Below, piece by piece: positions 50,853 to 54,997 of a stretch of 54,997 bases of DNA. Source of the DNA: Malacoraja senta (taxonomy: Eukaryota). Position numbers and translations under genes: made by a program. The DNA is taken from NCBI GenBank assembly GCA_038087875.1, contig JAXLNO010001399.1, positions 62,001 to 116,997 on the forward strand, read 5' to 3'. A model generated the notes under the pieces. The model worked only from the letters and a program-made list of their open reading frames with translations. It was not told the DNA's origin and ran no database searches. Numbering within the stretch: position 1 is the stretch's first letter; the number at the start of each line of letters is the position of its first letter.

Positions 50853-51870
50853 CTGTAAAACACAGACACAGTTGGTGACGAGGACCCGCATCAGCTGGGT
50901 CTAAACACACAGATTCACCAGCTGCCCCGTCACCTCTCAACCCAATCACACAGCGGACACGGGCTAGGCTGTGACCGGGAAGAGTGGGACAGGACGCAGG
51001 TCAGGGCTGGGCCCGGCCCCGACACCGGGACACCGGCTCCCCGACAACTAAACACCCGCACAGAGACGGCCCGGCCGGGGGGGGGACGTGGTCAAGTTGG
51101 GGGAGAGGGAAATGGACGGAAGGGAGGGTGAGATAGGGGGAGGGACGAAGAGGTGAGGTCGGGAGGGGTGGGAGGGAAATGAAGGGATGAGGGAGAACGA
51201 GGGGAGGGAGGGGGGGGGAGAGTGGGGACGTGGAGGAGCAGGCAGGAAGGGGAGATGGAGGGGGGAAGGGAAGTTGGAGGGGAGGTCGAGGGGAGATGGA
51301 GGTGGAGATCGAGGGGGAGGCGGGGAAGTTGGACTGGAGGAGAGGGAGGGTGAGAGGAGGGTGAGGGGAGGGAGGAGAGATGGAGGTGGAAGAGTGGGGG
51401 GCAGATTGAGTTTTACTCGGTGTATCCGCCGGGTCAGGTCACGGGGTGGAGGTGCCCGGAGGATGATGCTGACATGCGGCGGGCGGGAGGTCACGTTGAC
51501 CCGGGCAGAGCTGCGGTTTGAGGGAGGAGGATTGGAGAATAATCCCCCCTCCCCCGGGGGCAGCAATGTGTTCTCTCTGCCCAAGGGGTGGGGGAGCAGA
51601 GCCGGAAGCTGCCAGGTAGAGAATCAGCGGCCCAGAGCTGGCAAATGGGAGCATTGACCACGGGCCCGTCGGGCAGACACGGACACCGTGGGCCGAAGGG
51701 CGTGATACTGTGTTGTCTGTCCCCCAACCCCACCTACAGTGACACTTGAACCCGGGGAGAGAGAACGGAACAACGGGGCAGAAGGAGCGGGCGGAGGGAG
51801 GTTGAGGCAGGGGTCAGGGGGGTGGGAGGATACGGAGCGGACGTCCCTCCACTGTCTCCCCCACTCCTAC

Positions 51871-51975
51871 CTTGTTTCTTCTTCCAGTAGAAGACTCCCC
51901 CCACGGCCGCGGCCACTGCCAGCACCAGGACAAGGAGCAGCGCAATGATCATCACGGTGTTGCCCGACTTGCGGA
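51871..51975 (-). CDS. MHC class I connecting peptide + transmembrane exon
   Basis: (V)RKSGNTVMIIALLLVLVLAVAAAVGGVFYWKKKQ. 105 nt, phase 1/1, gacag acceptor, G|gtagga donor. Confidence 0.88.
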
Positions 51976-52221
51976 CTGTCCCAGATTCACAAACAGAGGT
52001 GGATGAGAGACAGAGACCGGGGTCCCGGCTCCCCCTCCCCCACCCCCTCTCACCTCCCCCTAGTCTCACTCACCCCCTCCCGCTTCCCTCCTCAGCCACC
52101 TGCCGTGTGCGCTACCCATCCCCTCACCTACCCCACCCACACATCCACACTCGCGCTCTCTCCCACCCTCCCCTCACCCAGTCCGCTCCTCTCCTTCCTA
52201 CCCCCCCCCGCCCCCACTCAC

Positions 52222-52485
52222 CCAGGAAGACCTCGAGGGGCTCGGACAGCCCCGGGTGCTCCACACGGCAGGAGAGCGGGGTCCGGTCCCCGGGCTCCAC
52301 GTCGACCCAGCGGCGCTGCTGGAAGGTGCCGTCGTGGTTGGGCAGCGTCCCGTGGGAGCGGCTCTCATCCAGGACCAGGCCGTCCCGCACCAGGTTCACC
52401 TCGATGGAGCGCGGGTAGAAGCCCGTGGTGAAACACGACACGCGGCGCCCATCGGCCGACAGGAAGATGCTCACCTCGGGCTGAA
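52222..52485 (-). CDS. MHC class I heavy chain, alpha3 (Ig C1) exon
   Basis: VQPEVSIF...VSCFTTGFYPRSIEVNLVRDG...TLPNHDGTFQ...SCRVEHPGL. LPNHDGTFQ is class-I-typical. 264 nt, phase 1/1, ccacag acceptor and G|gtgagt donor. Confidence 0.92.
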
Positions 52486-52489
52486 CTGT

Positions 52490-54997
52490 GGGGAGAGAGA
52501 GAGATAGGGGGAGACAGTGAGGGGGAGACGGTGAGGGGAGACAGTGAGGGGGAGACGGTGAGGGGGAGACGGTGAGGGGGAGACGGTGAGGGGGGAGACG
52601 GTGAGGGGGAGACGGTGAGGGGGAGACTGTGAGGGGGAGACAGTGAGGGGGAGACAGTGAGGGGGAGACGGTGAGGGGGAGACGGTGAGGGGGAGACGGT
52701 GAGGGGGAGACGGTGAGGGGGAGACGGTGAGGGGGAGAAGGTGAGGGGGAGAAGGTGAGGGGGAGACGGTGAGGGGGAGACGGTGAGGGGGTGAGAGAGA
52801 GGGGGTGAGAGGGGAGAGAAGAGGTGAGAGAGAGGGGGAGAGAGAGAGGGTGAGAAAGAGAGGGGAGATGGGGGAGGGGGAGACAGTAGGGTGGGAGAGA
52901 GAGAGGTGGGAGGCAGAGAGAGGGAGAGAGAGGGGGCGAGAGAGAGGGGGGATAGAGAGGGGGAGAGAGAGAGGGGGGTGAGAGAGGGGGCAGAGAGAGG
53001 TGGGAGAGAGAGAGGGGGATAGGGGGTAGAAATAAGGGGAGATATAGGGGAGGGAGAGAGAGGGGGGGAAGAGAGAGGGTGGAGGCAGATAGAGGGGGGA
53101 GAGAGGGGAGAGATGGGGATAGAGAGAGCGGGAGAGAGATTGGATGAGAGAGGGAGAGAGAGAGAGGACAGAGAGAGGGAGAGAGAGAGGTAGAGAGAGA
53201 GGGGGCGAGAGAGAGGGAGAGGGAGGGAGAGAGATATGGAGAGAGAGGGGAGAGAGGGAGGGGGAGAAGGGGGGAGAGAGAGGGGGGCAGACATAGGGAG
53301 GAGGGAGGGGAGAGAGGGGGAGGGGAGAGAGAGGAGACTGAGAGGGGAGGGAGGAGAACAGTGAGAGAGGGAAAGAAGGGGAGAGAAAGAGGGGCAGAGA
53401 GAGGGGCAAAGCGAGAGGAGGTTAGAGAGAGGGGGTAGAGATATGGGAGAAAGAGGGGTGAGAGAGAGAGGGGGAGAGGGGAGTAAGAGAGGGTAAAAGA
53501 GAGATGGGGGGAGCAAGACATAGGGGCGGAGGAGGGGGAGAGAGAGGGGGAGCGGAGAGAGAGGAGACATAGAGGGGTGAGAGAGGGGGAGAGAGAGGGG
53601 GAGGGAGAGAGGGGGAGAGAGAGAAAGGGGAGAGAGAGTGGGGGAAAGAGGGGGTAAGATAGGGGAGAGAGAGAGGGGTATAGAGAGAGGAGGAGATGGA
53701 TGGGGAGTGAGAGGGGGTAGGCAGAGAGAGGGGAGAGAGACGGGTAAGGGGAGAGGGGAGAGGGAGGGAGGTGGGGAGCACGAGAGAGGGGGAGAGATTG
53801 AGAGGTGGAGGGAGAGTGAGGGGGAGAGTGGGAGAGAGGAGGAGAGAGGGGGTGGGAGGGGGAAGGGAGAGAGTGGAGAGGGAGAGGGGAGGCAGACATA
53901 GGGGAGAGCGAAAAGAGGAGAAGGGTAGAAGGAAGGGGAGAGAGTGAGAGAGAGAGAGAGAGGGAGAGAGAGGTGGTGAGAGATGGAGAGAGAGGGGAAA
54001 GAGAGAGAGAGGGGAGAGAGAGAGGGGCATAGAGGTGGGAGAGAAAGGGGGGTGAGAGAGGGGGAGAGATGGCAGAGAGAGGTGGGGTGGTGAGCGGGCA
54101 ACGGGGATAAACAGAAGGGGCGGGATGGTGAGGGGGGTGATAGAGGGGGGAGACAGACCTAGGGAGAGAGAGGGGCTGAGAGGGGGGAGAGAGCGGGGGA
54201 TACTGGGAAGAGAGGGGGGATAGGGGGAGAGAGGGGGAGAGTGAGGGAGATGAGAGGGGGGGAGAGTAAAGGGGGGTGAGTGGGGAGAGAGATGGGGAGA
54301 GAGATGGTGAGAGAGAGGGGGAGAGAGAGGGGAGAGAGAAGGGAGAGAGAGTGGTGAAGGCAGAGAGAGGGGAGAGAGAGGGAGGGTGAGAGGTGAGAGA
54401 GAGGGGGAGATGGGGGAAAGAGAGAGGGGGAGGGAGAGAGAGGGAGAGAGAGATAGGGGGTGAGAGAGGGGCAGTGAGAGGTGGGAGAGAGAGAGGGGGA
54501 GAGAGAGAGAGGGGGTAGAGCGAGAGAGGGGGTGATATTGAGACGGAGAGGGAGAGAGGAGGAGAGAGAGAGGGGGGAGAGAGGGGAGAGAGATAGGGGG
54601 TGAGAGAGGGGGCAGTGAGAGGTGGGAGAGAGATAGGGGGAGAGGGAGAGGGGCAGAGGGGGATAGGGGATAGAAATAAGGGGAGAGACAGGGGAGGGAG
54701 AGAGAGGGGGAGAGAGAGAGCGGAGAGAGAGGGAGAGAGAGGGGAGAGAGGGAGAGAGAGAGGCAGAGCGAGAGGGGAGAGAGAAAGGGGGGGAGTGAGA
54801 GAGTTGAGAGGGGAGAGATTGAGAGGGGCAGAGAGAGAGGGGAGGGGTAGGGGGAGATAGAGAGGGAGAGCTAGGGGAGAGAGAGAGGGGGAGAGAGGAG
54901 GGAGAGAGAGGAGGGAGGAGAAGGGGAAAGAGAGAGGGGGGAGGCAGACATAGGAACGAGAGAGGGGGGAGAGGGGCGGAGGGGAGAGAGAGGGGAC
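52490..54997. repeat. Polypurine (GA) tract over 2.5 kb, starting with a 14-nt minisatellite AGACGGTGAGGGGG (about 52511-52790); this is the MHC I alpha2-alpha3 intron
   Basis: G/A-dominated plus strand running to the window end. Confidence 0.95.

Noticed and set aside
44882-50949. Giant ORFs of 500-1868 aa on both strands (RTRAGTHG / CVSARVRV repeats)
   Set aside because: These are translations of a 20-nt satellite that lacks stop codons in every frame. There is no domain content, and they lie within an intron.
52222-52485. Interpretation as MHC class II beta2, beta2-microglobulin or an Ig constant exon
   Set aside because: LPNHDGTFQ plus the following TM exon and two short cytoplasmic exons (Tyr and Ser-rich) match class I organisation.
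52124-54860. Long Pro/Ser/Leu-rich and Gly/Glu/Arg-rich ORFs
   Set aside because: They come from the GA/CT tract. Only the embedded alpha3 exon is real.

Overview
Repeat-rich vertebrate genomic DNA, almost certainly cartilaginous fish (skate/ray-like), inferred from HE1-type SINEs, the CR1/Rex/Penelope repertoire and a shark-style MHC class I tail. Left to right: (1) the RING+B-box first coding exon of a TRIM gene (minus), with a candidate CpG/RFX promoter about 6.5 kb upstream; (2) an intact two-exon GPR139/GPR142-like rhodopsin-family GPCR (plus, 323 aa by my splice reconstruction); (3) a tandem paralogue that is a pseudogene, preceded by a 3'-truncated L1 (5'UTR+ORF1) and split by a CR1 insertion; (4) a 377-nt assembly gap; (5) a chromodomain Gypsy remnant; (6) the 3' half of an MHC class I heavy-chain gene (minus: alpha3, TM and cytoplasmic exons) embedded in satellites and purine tracts. 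The strongest unusual observations are a tandemly duplicated Tyr-bearing cytoplasmic exon in the MHC I gene, a probable 1-nt frameshift in its last coding exon, a 5.5-kb UG/CG-rich intronic satellite, the TRIM-GPCR-MHC I linkage, and hammerhead-ribozyme-like cores in palindromic Penelope-derived repeats. Exon boundaries were read by hand. Repeat boundaries are approximate. Family names come from motif recognition, not database searches.
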